The position numbers and the translations under genes were made by a program. DNA of 64,000 nucleotides, from positions 77,686,001 through 77,750,000 of the forward strand of contig NC_086379.1 of NCBI RefSeq assembly GCF_036588685.1. The letters run 5' to 3'. This DNA comes from Mytilus trossulus (lineage: Eukaryota). Of the stretch, positions 24,138 through 37,600 are shown piece after piece (the stretch's first letter is position 1; each line of letters begins with the position of its first letter). The notes under the pieces were generated by a model that was not told the origin of the DNA, did not search any database, and saw nothing but the letters and a program-made list of their open reading frames with translations.

Positions 24138-26774
24138 GAACTAATGAACCGCATATACAAAATGCATAATGTAAAATTTCTAATTTTGTTTTGTTTTGTA
24201 AGGCATAGTTTAATGTTTATTCTAAGTGGAGACACTTTTCAAGACGGTATTAACAAGTTTGACATTCAAGTGCTTCGTGTTGCTACAATTGAATAGAAGT
24301 AAGTTATTAAATAAATAAAGAGAAGATAATTCACTACATATCGGACTGATTTACTGATAGTTTTATTTGTATTGAAGCCAATATATCCCTAATATACCCC
24401 TAAAGATTACATATCAAAACCAAATGATAATATTAAGAATGCAAAATTCAGTTGGTAAGATATGTCTTGACGCGGGCATCTTGTTAATGATAATTTATGT
24501 AAAATGACAGCGATATGTACGGCACTAAACAACAAAATTCTCTATTGTTCTATATCATTTCGCCGGATAAGCCGAATATGGCTGTTGATAAAAGGATACG
24601 ATATCGTTCAACATAAAACTTGATTGTCTTATTTCGATTGTCTGCTATATTTCGTATAAAGAGTATCAAAATTGTACTTTTTTTTATAAGTTCCATAAAA
24701 GAGCTATTGAAAGTTTAATTTGTATAGTGTTTACTATTATTTCTATTATCATATATAATTCAACAAGCACAAATTGTATGCAAATTTACCAAAATCTAAG
24801 ACATAGTCCATTTACCGTTCCGTGACATTAATCATAAGGAACATATTGCTTCTACATCTTAAAGACGAACACTGTTCACGTTGCACTCCGTTAAGTTAAC
24901 ATGTTGTATAAATATATTTCTCAATATATAAACCATGATCTAGGAAGAATTGTTATGGCTGTACGATTTTTAAATACGCAGAAGGACAGTTTATTCAGCA
25001 CTATTTCTTTTTGGATAAAATGAAAATAACACGTTATTGAGTGCATGCGTCCGCAACGCTATATGGATTTCCTTTCATCAGAAACGCTCAAAACTGTATA
25101 TAATTCCGGAGCACCTAATATCACGGATTCATGTTGCTTAGTCTTTAGTTTTCTATGTTGTGTTGTTTGTACCACAATTTGTTCTTTTTTTCTTTTTTAG
25201 CCATTACGTTTTCGGTTTATTTTCGATCTATGAGTTTGAATGCCCCCTTAGTATCTTTTGTCCTCTTTTGAAAGCCAAGGATGTATAAGAACCGATTCAT
25301 TCGAAGAGCTATATAACTACAACGGAATGTAAAATACCCAAATATATCTAAGGTGAACATTGTTTTAGGTAGTTGAAATTTTATTTTCTTTAAAAATTTC
25401 AAGTTAAATTTATTAACAGAAAATATTTGAAAGGTTTATTATAATTACATGAACGGTAAATTTTATTACACCAGATGCACGTTTCTTCAGTTATGCTTGA
25501 GACCAACATTTAGAAAATCCAAAGCTTATTTAAATGACGAAGAACTATATACCAACAAAGGACGAAAATGGACAAAGCCGGGCAAGAAATTAGAGCTTTG
25601 CATGAGAGAGATACATTCATTTATCAACATAATTTCAAATATTTTGTAATGCATATTTTAATTTGACAAATTTCATTCAAAATTTCATGTTAGTATCGAA
25701 GAACTGACAACTGAGCTGTTGATACCCTCGGTTACTTATGGTCCACAGTAGAGGTATCGACCAAGTGTTGCAAAAAAATGAAAACAATGTAAACTTTTCT
25801 AAAAGCAAGACAAAATGCTTTGTCTTCACCTGCATGCATATGAAATTCCTTTGTTAATGAGTGTAACATAATTCAATCGATTCTCCATATAAATTGATGC
25901 AAATTGTCTGTGTACAATGAGTGTTTTAAATATAATTTCAAATTAATATCAAACAGGAAGTGTTTGCACAGTGTATGTTAAACTTTTTAAATTTGTCAAC
26001 TAGGATGTAGCTGCACGATAGATCTTACAACTAATTATACGCTACAACTCAATATTATCAAGATGCAGACCAAACATAAAAAGCATTCCAATTAAAAACC
26101 AGGAAATTCTTATCGAACTTATTATTAATTGCACTAAATGATAGAATAAGACAGCAAGATCAGAAAAAAATGCACTTACTGAAATCTGCATTCTAAGTAC
26201 AAAACTGTTTATTGTCAACCTAGATGAAAGAAGACCGCTTCTTTTATAGAGATAAATTACGATCAGCATCTTTTGCATTATCAGTACAGAAGTGTATGCA
26301 ATTTGGTATTGTCAATTACTTACAAATTCACATTCATAATTCTCTTTTCCATGCAAGAAATCAATATATGTGTATTCAGTCTAATAATATACAATGATAT
26401 TAATTAATAACACCATCGATTAAATGCAATCTAAAACGATGTCTGTGTACTTTGGTACTTTTAGTTTTCTTCAGCTCTTTGACGTTTGAATTTTTTTTGG
26501 GATTCAAATAATTTAGTCTCGTGCATCACTGAGAAGCCATTAATAGTCAAAATGCGCATCTGGTGCAGTAAGATTGATACCGCTTATGTGATTAGACCGC
26601 AATTTGTATTTTGTCTCACTAATATGTTTTTCATACCTTTACCATGGTAACTTGCTTATGATTTACTATTTGATTTTTTTTTAGACTACTAGTACTCCGA
26701 ATATTTTTCCAGAACTTTGGACTACTTATTTCTTGAAAGAGGAATGAGCTAACGTAAAATAAATTTTCAAATTT

Positions 26775-27087
26775 TGTTTTTTGTAGAGTTGAAAAAAATA
26801 ATTCTAGCGCGACATTATTCTGTAGCGTGGCTATTTTATTTATTGTGTCTGTTTTGTTCACGCATCGTTGTAAATATAACGGGATTTGATGAGACTTCCG
26901 TACAAGTGATAGGTTTAGCGCTATAAAACCAGATCCAATCCACCATTTTCTATATTTGAAAATGTCTGTACCAAGTCAAGAATATGACAGTTGTTGTCCA
27001 TTCGTTTGATGGGTTTTGTCATTTGATTTTGCCATGTGATTACGGACTTTCCTCGGAGTTTAGTATTTTTGTGATTTTACTTTTTTG
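26775..27087 (+). mobile_element. Dispersed repeat (family 3)
   Basis: Reverse complement of 39118-39390; further pieces at 16360-16515 and 16975-17090. Confidence 0.7.
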
Positions 27088-27717
27088 TTAAATTAGCGAA
27101 AGTGTTTTGGTTCTATTTAGTTATTTGAAAGCGAATACATCATAAAAGTTAAATTGTAGCTTGAACATAATTTACTTTGCCTTACAGAAACCAAAGGAAT
27201 ATGGATTAGATTCTGAGAACAATCCCTATAAATCAGAGCGATAATAAAAATAATAAAAACATTTCTCGAACTCATCGCACAGGCACCTTATATATGAATG
27301 TGTTAATGATGAGTGTCATTATCACTTTGTTTGTGATAATAATATTATTTCAAAACTCAGAAAGAAATACATTTCTAAATATTAAAATATTGCAAACACT
27401 TCTGTACTGAAAATGCAAAACTTGATGTTTGTTATTTATCAATAAGCGGTCTTCTCTAATCTAGTTAGATACATAAATAGTTTAGAACTCTTTATAGTGC
27501 AAATTTCATAAAGTATTTTTTTCTGATTTTTCTTTATGTTATTCTGTCATTTAGTGTTGTCAATAAGAACGTTGTCCTACTGTTACATATTTTTGTGTCT
27601 ATTTGTATAAAAAGAATTGAAAAGAACTGATTTTAATTAAGACAAAGGTTTTGTAGTTGCTCATACTACATAATAGTTTGATTAAAACGAAATTTTGATT
27701 GCCTTTACAACATTGTT

Positions 27718-27811
27718 TTATTCGAGCGTCACTACTGAGTCTTTTGTAGACGAAACGCTCGTCTGGCGCAAATATACAATTTTGATCCTGGTATCTATGA
27801 TGAGTTTATTT
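27718..27811 (+). mobile_element. Retrozyme 3' fragment with mutated hammerhead
   Basis: CTACTGA-GTCT/AGAC-GAAA-CGC...GCG-CA followed by the cctggtatctatgatgagtttattt terminus. Confidence 0.8.
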
Positions 27812-28994
27812 GCTGAATACGAAAACTTGTCATATGCGAATGTGAAGCATGACGTGTGACCAGTCAACTTTCCAAACGTCAAATGTATAAACAAAAACCT
27901 GGTGCATTTACTTTTTTTAATACAAGAATATAGAAACGTGATTTATAATATTCAAAGTAATACAAAGTGCAAACTCAAGTGACATTTTCACACATGCATG
28001 CAGGTGTATGCATATAAAAATTGAACATGAATATAGGACTGATCTTTTATATAAAACCCAGTACTTTCCATCTTTGGTTTTGTGTGTAGTGTTTTGTGAG
28101 CTGCTGTCTGTTTGCTTCTTTTGAATGCCCCTTGGTATCTTTCATTTGCAAAGCAATACATGTACTAATCGTCGAACGCTATCGTTTCGAACAAAATTCA
28201 ATTCTTCATTTAATATGTCTAATGCATTGCTGCATATACGGCTATATATTCAATACTCATAATATTTCTTCTTCAATTTGATAATTCATTGCATACATTT
28301 TTCAATTCATTTTTCTTCTTCAGTTCTTGGTAGAGTACAGTAAGCAAACACCAACATCATTGTCACCCGGCAAAAATTACAAAATGATATAAGATATAAG
28401 ATACTACCTTAATTTCTTGTCTTTTTTGGTGCGGTGACCTATACTTATATCTTTTTAAATTAACGATACAAGATTTTTTGCATATATGAAATATTCTGTC
28501 ATATGTTGGTCAGAATCCCAAACTGCCTTTATACCTCTGTAAGTTTAGACATATGACGGTGGAACACACCAGGCTGGGATTTTTAATTTTCGGCTGGTTA
28601 TTTTAAGTGCATTCTTTAAACGACCGTATATAGTTGAGATATATTAATTATCTTTTTAACTATATTCAATCAGTTTCATTTTACTAAATGCTTACCAAAT
28701 TATCTATACAAAGTCTGTGGTTTAAAAACAAGTTAATACTAGTATCTGTTTTAAAAGTCAACTACTGACAAACTTTAAAAGTTCACATTTCACATTCACT
28801 ATTCCATGCAAGATATTAATATACGTTTCCAGTGTCAACACATTCTGTTTTATATCTTCTTTTAATATATTTGTAATATTACCTAAGAACACAGTTGATT
28901 AAATGCAATCTAAAACGATGTCAGATCTGCTAAGCGATTGAGAAATGTAATTTATAACACATAATAGACAGATACATCAAGTAAGGCCTAACTA

Positions 28995-29603
28995 TCATAT
29001 ATCATAATCTAACGAGTCTAAACTACTTTTGTTGGTATTTGTTGATAGAAAGCTAGATCTCATACTTTTCGAACCATTTACATTCAACCAATTCTTATAC
29101 GCCATTGGAAAATACCTTTGAGATGGTGGTAAATTAAGTCTGTCACAAGCATTTGTAATTTCTGTTACCTTCAATTTTCGTTGATTAGCACTCCTCATTC
29201 GTAGCCTGATTTTACTTGCTACTGTTGGCTGACTTAATCTGTCAACGCTACAATTTTGAGATTCATATGACGACGGCTCTGGGTGTAGAGATTTTATCTC
29301 CGATTCAGTTTCCAATTTAGGAGTTCGCATCCGAGGTGTGTATAATCGTTTAGATATTTCTGTCGCTTCACTTCCCGACACAGTTCTGAATGCGGGTGCT
29401 TTTGGGATGTATGCCTTGTATTCCGGAACATATTCGTAGGTGATTAAACTAGTTTTAACATCCACAAAAACAGGCTTTCTGCCACATTTTCGATGATTTT
29501 CTACTTTCCGTTTCATTGTCCTGTTCTCTAATGAAATGTTTGTGCTGTAAATATTCCTAATGTTGTGTTTCTGAACAGATTGATACCCTGTACTGAAAGC
29601 CAT
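28995..29603 (-). CDS. Uncharacterised basic protein, paralogue 3 (up to 202 aa from the first ATG; start uncertain)
   Basis: YEYVPEYKAYIPKAPAF, KRLYTP, DRLSQPTVASKIR, ITNAC, YKNW. The ORF track starts at GTG 29627; the first ATG is at 29603 and an alternative at 29516. Confidence 0.85.
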   Translation of the reverse strand: MAFSTGYQSVQKHNIRNIYSTNISLENRTMKRKVENHRKCGRKPVFVDVKTSLITYEYVPEYKAYIPKAPAFRTVSGSEATEISKRLYTPRMRTPKLETESEIKSLHPEPSSYESQNCSVDRLSQPTVASKIRLRMRSANQRKLKVTEITNACDRLNLPPSQRYFPMAYKNWLNVNGSKSMRSSFLSTNTNKSSLDSLDYDI

Positions 29604-30048
29604 TGCTATCCAACGTAAAAATGTCACAAGTTACAATAAAATAAACATGTGATCTTGTGCAAACATGGATAATTGTGTATCTATTGACTTGATTTTTAAA
29701 ATATTCACTTGTGCGTATAAACTTCCTTATTAAGTGAGTTGGTAAAGGTGAGTAAATGAGAAGATTGCATCACTATCTTCAATTATCAATCACTAAGGAA
29801 AATGTCAAATGGGTTAAGGGTCCTACAATACATGTGTCTATGGTAAAAACAAACAAAAGATAAAGTTTGATAAATAGAAATACAAACATACTTATTAAAG
29901 GTACTATACCATTCTTTATACCAATAAAGGAAAGTTTAAATATTTTTATCAATCGTCCTTCAAGAAAGCAAACTTGTCAGGCTATTTAAGTTAAATGCAA
30001 AATTAGAGAGAAATAACATTCAACAAATCATAGGTGGTTGAGTATCAC

Positions 30049-30517
30049 GATTTGTATTGTCGTAAGTAATTGACATTTGTCTGGTGAACCAGTGTTTGTG
30101 CAGATTGTGAAACCGTTTATGTATAACAAGTATAAGAGATTTGTATTGTCATATGTAGTTGACATTTGTCTGGTGAACCAGTTTTTTTGCAGATTGTGAA
30201 ACCGTTTATGTATTACAAGTATAAGAGATTTGTGTTGTCGTAAGTAATTGACATTTGTCTGGTGAACCAGTGTGTGTGCAGATTGTGAAACCGTTTATGT
30301 ATTACAAATATAAGAGATTTGTATTGTCATATGTAGTTGACATTTGTCTGGTGAACCAGTGTTTGTGCAGGTTGTGAAACCGTTTATGTATTACAAGTAT
30401 AAGAGATTTGTATTGTCATAGGTAATTGACATTTGTCTGGTGAACCAGTGTTTGTGCAGATTATGAACCAGTGTTTGCGCTAATTATGAAACCGTTTATG
30501 TATTACAAGTATAAGAG
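30049..30517 (+). repeat. 89-bp tandem repeat, about 5 copies
   Basis: gatttgtattgtc...acaagtataaga recurs at 30049, 30138, 30227, 30316 and 30405. Confidence 0.92.
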
Positions 30518-31695
30518 CTTTAGCATGTAATAGATAATGTTAAATGAAAATTTAATAGCTGAACACATAGACGAAAGATGTTAAAGAAACCGAGGGACAA
30601 TTGAAATTCAAAGTAGAAGAAAACAGAAAATGTTCAGGAACAAAAGCATTGTTAGAGAACAAGTAAACGAACCAGAAAATATTTCTTTTGGTGTACCACT
30701 CTGCAGATGGCATAAATGATATGTGTTACCAAGTTGAAAAAAGGGCTATTTTCAATTTCTTATAAATGACTTAGTTTATTAAAACAAACTTGGACTTTTC
30801 ATAAGGGTTTATATTTTCCAAATTTGTTGGATGATAGTACAAATATTACCACATTCCGACTCTGGAGAAACTTAATATGTGTAGAGGTATATATAGGTAT
30901 TCTTGTGGGATAAAACTTATGGTAGGTTTACCCATTAAAAAATACGATAAGTCATGTGTAGTATAATTTATTTATAAAAAAACCAAATACAAAACCATTA
31001 ACAAATAACATGGTAAAAGTTAAAATCAATCTTTTAAATCTGAAAATATAAAGATTTATAATGCATTTAAATCTCACTATGAAAAATAAGAATATACATT
31101 AAAAATACCTATGTTGTCGATAATTTATTTTCATATCTATCGTCATCTACTGTCAATTTAAAAGGAATTTATAAGATGAAAACTTCATAACAATTCATGT
31201 TAACTCGTTTTGATAACTAAAGGGTAAATTGTGGTTAGTATTTGCAGATGAAATAGCAACCAGAAAACAAACAAGAAAGACGTATATAAGACAATATGAA
31301 CTTTAAAGTTTATGTCGTTGCTGTGTAAACTCTTGTTTGTTATGAGTCATTGAGCTCAAATTTTAGATTTTTGGTGTTGAATGCTCTTAAACTTCATATT
31401 GGATTTAGGCCTACTCTCTAACATGTTTGGTTCGAGTCTTAGGTAGACAAAACGCGAGTATGGCGAACTGAATTATATGCCTGGTATCTTTGATGAATCT
31501 ATAAGACAGATGTATAAACTGATTAAAGAGTATAGGAGGATAGGATTTAATATTTCTATGTAAACTTAAAAGAGCATTCTTTGATATGTATATTGGTATA
31601 TGTGTTTTGATATTTAGCATACCTTTATTTTCCTTTTCACACACACACACACGAACACGCATATATAATAACATTTGGCTAATGCGTTACACTTA

Positions 31696-34600
31696 CTATT
31701 TATTTGTAGGTCGACCGTCATCGTCACAAGTAACAGAGTCTGCCCAGTCACAAGTTATTTTCTTTGGATTAAATCTTAATTCACTTGGACATCTATAATG
31801 GAATGTTCGTCCCATATGACATACAAAATATTTATTACAGTTATTTGGGTCTTGAAAATATCCAAATGGTTTTCGTCTACACGAGAATGAGTCTGAAAAA
31901 AACAAAAGTAAATTGAATTGAAATATTTTTTAAATAAAGCAATTGAAAATGGAGCATTAATATTATGTTTTTAAACATATATCCAGAGTTTCCTCATAGT
32001 TTGACAACTGTCGTTCCTGATTTCTCTGGGCCAGCAGTAGAACGGTAGCTTAAATTGGTGTGTTTGATTCTCCGGAATGCCAAATTACGCGGCCATGTCC
32101 TGTCGAAATGGGGGCGTACGTGTAGCGTAAGTGCCAAGCTTTCTGCACATTACATTACCCTTTCAACAACTCTCTAAGGTTCTGAATATACATGAAATAC
32201 ACTCATATACAGTTCATCCGAGTCCATATAGAATCCATAAAAAGAATAATAGTTTAACTATCAAGTGCTCCCTGGTCTAATTCTTCGTTATTTGTCGGGC
32301 TTCCCCTACGTTCCATTTACAGCAAATATTGATTTTAATGGAACTGGAATCATTTTTTAATGATACACTTTGTTCATAAAATGGTATAATTTTATTAAGG
32401 TACTAAAAGTATGGTTGACTCAGGCAAATCATTTAGAATGAAATTCAAAACAGTGTGGCTGTGGCCATTGATTGACACATTAAATTTATCCATTGACTAG
32501 GACAATTTAAGTGAACGTTTGTATGTAACGACCACTGCTCACAATGCACTTTTAAAAGACACTTAAACTATGGGGTCACCAAAGGTTCTCAACACCTAAA
32601 TAAAGTAATTCGAAAAATTAATCAGAAATAACACGATTTTTTGATTTATATCAATTATATAAATCAAAACATAAAGATTATTCCTGATTAATTTTTCGAA
32701 TTATTTTATAATTGAAGGCGTTTAGAAACCTTTGGTGACCACACAGTGTAAATGTCTATAGTAGGTACGTCGTGAACAGTGATCGTTACATACAAACGTT
32801 CACGTAAATTGTCCCAGTCAATAAATGAATTTAATCTGTCAATCAATGGCCACAGCCACACTGTTTTGAATGTCATTCTAATTTAAGTTCAAAATTTAAA
32901 TTGTGAAATACGATGTAGGCAGCAACGTTAGAGAATTGTATAATGAAACTAATAAGTATAACTTAAATATTAGTCAAAGGCGGCATAACTCAATATATTT
33001 ATATTTATAAGGTGACAAACCTGATTTCTTATAGAAATTAATATTGAAATTTAAAAAATACCTAAATACGACCGGGATATATTTATTTCATACATATGCT
33101 TTCTGATATATATACACTTTTGATGTTTTTATGATTGAATTCATTAAATTGCATGGACAATAAATTTAACAATTGTTGATTATACAATGATAGTATTTGT
33201 GTGTGTGTTATGTTACTGAAAGTTAAAAAAAAAATCAATGTAGAAATGCAAAGTGATACCATTGAAACACAAATTACATTTTGACACATTCAACAATTCC
33301 ATCCAATTTTTAAAAGGATTAAAAGACAATTTTACAACAGAAATGATGAACTGTCTTTTTGGATTTTTAGATTCACCTTCACCAGTACTAATAATTAATA
33401 ATTGGAACCCAAGGATGTATAAAAACAAACTTGAACAGTAGAAAAGTAATAAAGAGCATAAAGATAATAGTCAGATAGCTCTAAAGTGACACAAAAGATA
33501 CTTGAATTATTCTTTGATATCATCATAATTACAAAAATACTAGATTTTAAAGATACTACAAAGCGGTGTTTTTTTAATGCGAGTACAACCCCTTTCAATC
33601 ATAATGGATCTGTTGGTCTTCTTTATCAAAAATTTATTACGTGGTTACAATTACACTTTTACTTACATTTTCCGTAAACCATCGCGGTTGGTGCCCAGAT
33701 TGCAGGTGGTGCTATCTTATTGGGTTCGGTTTCGTAGTGTAAATCTGCTGTCCACAACTTTGTAGTAGCTTCCGGTATTGGAGAAAATGTAGTCGGAGTT
33801 TTCATCGTCGTCGTCGTCGTTGCTGTAGTCGTTGTTACTGTTGTTGGGGTTATATGACGAGGTGTTGTTGTCTTCGGATCTATTTTTCTGGTCGTACTTG
33901 ATGTGAGATTTAATACTTTAGTTCTTTCTATATTTTTTAATGTTGATGATAATGCATGTGTCAGAGGAAATGGTACTACTGATGATGAGCATGTTTTACT
34001 GAAGTCATCCAGGGATAGAGACCAGACCATGCTACCACCATATCCTTCTCTAGCTATCCATTCTGCCTACAATTAATACAGTTATACTGTTGAATAGTAA
34101 TTTGGTTGGAGATGATTCACATTTCGTATGAGTCAAACTGGGATTTTATTCATTCAAAGCATTAGAAATTGTGTAAACAGAACAAAATCTATCTTGGTTT
34201 TTGCTAGTATGTATAAGGCTCCGTGTTGAAGGCCGTACTTTAAATTATATTGGTTTACTTTTAAAAAATTATGACTTGGATGGAGAGTTGTTTCATTGGC
34301 ACTCATGACGAGGTAACAGTAGTCAATTGGAAGAAGTTTGCAATAAATATAGTAAAAAAAAACAGAATATATGTCTTCAGTGATCTGGTAACGGTTTCAT
34401 TAGCTGCAAATAGCGAATAAATGTAAAACAAACTATCAAACACTCGATATTTTGGCGTCTGCTCGATGTTACAGCTGGTGATGTCCTAGACCTTGAAAAG
34501 TTTAAAATAACATAGGTTTCTTGTTTAAAAAATGTCTGTTCATTTACTATATTTGGCTTTATAAGAGGGTTGATCTCTGGTACGCCACTTTTAAGCACCT

Positions 34601-37600
34601 GGATATTGAATTTACCTTAGTTCTCACGCTGTCCTCGTCGTCATAGCCGATCCACAGATCTCCTTTCACATAGTAAGGCACCATTTGTTCTTCATCTCTG
34701 TATACCTTACCTTGGCCGTCTTTTTGCAACTGACATATCTAGTTTGATATAAACAATATAAATTAAGGTTGTATAAATTTCTCTTTGTGTATTAGACAAA
34801 AACAATATAGCATAAAAAAATACTTGCATCAACAGTTAACAAAATTGAAACAAGACTATTTGGCCTTGAATGTTTGCCCCTAATATTTTATTAACTGTGC
34901 ATTTGCATTCAGATATCGGAGATAAAATTTATTGGTTCATAGTGTATTAATTTACGTTTTTTGATTGAGTTAAGCCTGCCAATTGATATTTTATCGTGTG
35001 TTGTCTATGTTGTGATGTTATGCTTTGGTTTCCGGAAAAAGGGAGAAGGTTTGGTACCATTAAAACGTTTAATCCCGCTGCAAATGTTTGCACCTGTCCT
35101 AAGTCAGGAATCTGATGCACAGTACATGTTTCGTTAGTCTCTAGAGAAACTTGAGAAGTTGTTTTGAATTTTCATGTTCGAGTGAACCATTAAACAAGTG
35201 GATTCAATGCATTGTCATAAATGAACCTAGAGTTTTTATAATTTTTGTGCGTCTGTAACACTTTTCTGAATATACCTTCAATGTGAACGTTTAAACCCAA
35301 ACATTCTAAAGCAAGGGAGGTAATAATAAATGAATGTGCGAGTTATACGACAGGAAGTGACCACATGGACCAATCAGTTAGTTGTTCACATGTTGTTTAA
35401 ATATGCTTAGCGTTTATACATTACAAAATGTTCATTTGCTTAATCTAAAGACTTTCTCTTAAATCACTTACATATTTATGTTTTTTGTTCTTATTAGAGA
35501 AACATTTATTAAACATTATTTTTTAATAATTTTTCCATTACTAGAGAAACCTTTTTTCATACAGTTGTCACACATAAATTTTTATTCATGAAGATTCAAC
35601 AAAGACGTTATAGTAATATACCTCGTAATATGAATAAAATCCTATTTCCTGAGTAAATGATCCTTTTGGACCAGGTCCGGTGACAGGTGCACCGATACCA
35701 AAATCATTGACTGGATCTGCCAGAACAAATGACCGACCATACGTTGCTATTCCAATGTTGAGTTTATGTTTAGGTGTGCCCTTAGAAACCCAGTACTTTG
35801 CTGCTTTCTCCTGAAAAAATATAGTCTTTACAATAAAAGAAATCTTATGGTTTTTCACAGAAAAATAATTCTTACCGTATTTCAAAGTAAAGTTGTAATT
35901 GCTATAAAAATGTGTATACAAATAACTATTGTTAAAAAAATAAATAAAATGTTTAGTCAAAGCGGACAACATTGAACTTAAATACATTGTACCTTTATTT
36001 TAACTGGAAAATCTTAGACTTCTAGTTTATATAAATGTATATAATTTCTGTGTTCCTATTTTAGTGTCATTTTAGTTTTTTGATTGAACGACGTCCAGTC
36101 CTGCATATTTAGTGTTTGAAAAGACGTATGACATGACACCGGTTGACATGACACTATATAATATTATAGTAATACTATAATATTATATAGTGTCATGTCA
36201 ACCGGTGTCATGTCATACGTTTTTTCAGTTCATACATGTGATTTTTCAAAACTCTTTCAAACTAATCTAACATTTTCTAAATTTAGGTTTATTCAGTACA
36301 CCAATGTTTTAAGTAATTGTCACGATGTTCTTAAAATTGACATTTGTAAATATGTATGGAGCTTGTAAAATATCTCACCCATGTTAATTTATTTTGTTTG
36401 TAAATGTATAAAACTAGAAAAACTATCTAAGACAATTAACCCTCATGTTTTTCTTTAAACTTTAATTCCATTTGACAAATTAAATAAATACCATAGAAAG
36501 TAATCAGTTTCATTTGTACAACGGGGTTTAATCATATGTGTTTGAAGCTATCGTTATAAAACAAAATATTTTACAATAGATATTGCTGCTGCAAAGCTAG
36601 CATTTTTCTATGATTATTCAGTCGTAAAACCATGCCTATATAATGCAGTCACACCACTGACAATTGGGCAATTCTTGTTTGGTTTTGTGTGGAATCAGTG
36701 TAATTATGTTCTTTTACTCTTTCTAAAACGCGTATATGATTCCAAGCCAGTTTTTAATGCCTTGTTTCTGTCTCTTGTCTTAATTTTATAGTGCTTTTAT
36801 TGTATTCTATTTTAAAATTGGTTGCCTCCTTATGAGTTTTTCATCGACATTTTTGGTTTCCGTGTAATATGGTTTATTAACTCCACAATTTCCTCAGTCA
36901 TAATAACTTTCCATCATTACCGAACTGAACAAAGAAATAACACGACGGGTGCCGTATACGGTACAGGAAATGATTATGCTTACCCTTCAGGGGCACCTGA
37001 TTTCACTCCCGTTTTTAGTGGAGTGCGTGTTGTTACTTATTTATTATTTTTAACTGTTGATGTAAATGTCCCTTGATTTTGTGAGTCTTAGTTTACTCCT
37101 TGGTGTTGATTGTTATTGTCTCCTCTGATAACATATCATATCACGATATTCACTTGGCAAGGATTACAATAATAACATATCATATCACGATATTCACTTG
37201 GCAAGGATTACAATAATAACATATCATATCACGATATTCACTTAGCAAGGATAACAATAATAACAATATCATATCACGATATTCACTTGGCAAGGATTAC
37301 AATAATAACAATATCATATCACGATATTCACTTGGCAAGGATTACAATAATAACAATATCATATCACGATATTCACTTGGCAAGGATTACAATAATAACA
37401 ATATCATATCACGATATTCACTTGGCAAGGATTACAATAAAAACATATCATATCACGATATTCACTAGGAAGGATTATATTACGATAATGTTCCCTGTGA
37501 ACATGAGGGGTTGGACCTTATCTTTTGGCTTACGAAGAAGCATAACACGAGTCTGCTGTTTTGATGTTTTACAATATGATTAAGCAAAGACTTACGGTGT

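Noticed and set aside
26418-26443. 26-bp match to the 3' flank of paralogue 3 (28897-28922) as evidence of a fourth paralogue
   Set aside because: I found no family motifs in the surrounding sequence.
29600-29614. RFX X-box-like sequence near paralogue 3
   Set aside because: Poor match to the consensus, overlaps the first ATG and is not seen at the other two paralogues.
37287-37583. ORF with repeated [15 protein letters not shown]
   Set aside because: Translation of the 45-bp tandem repeat, with a non-ATG start and antisense in an intron.
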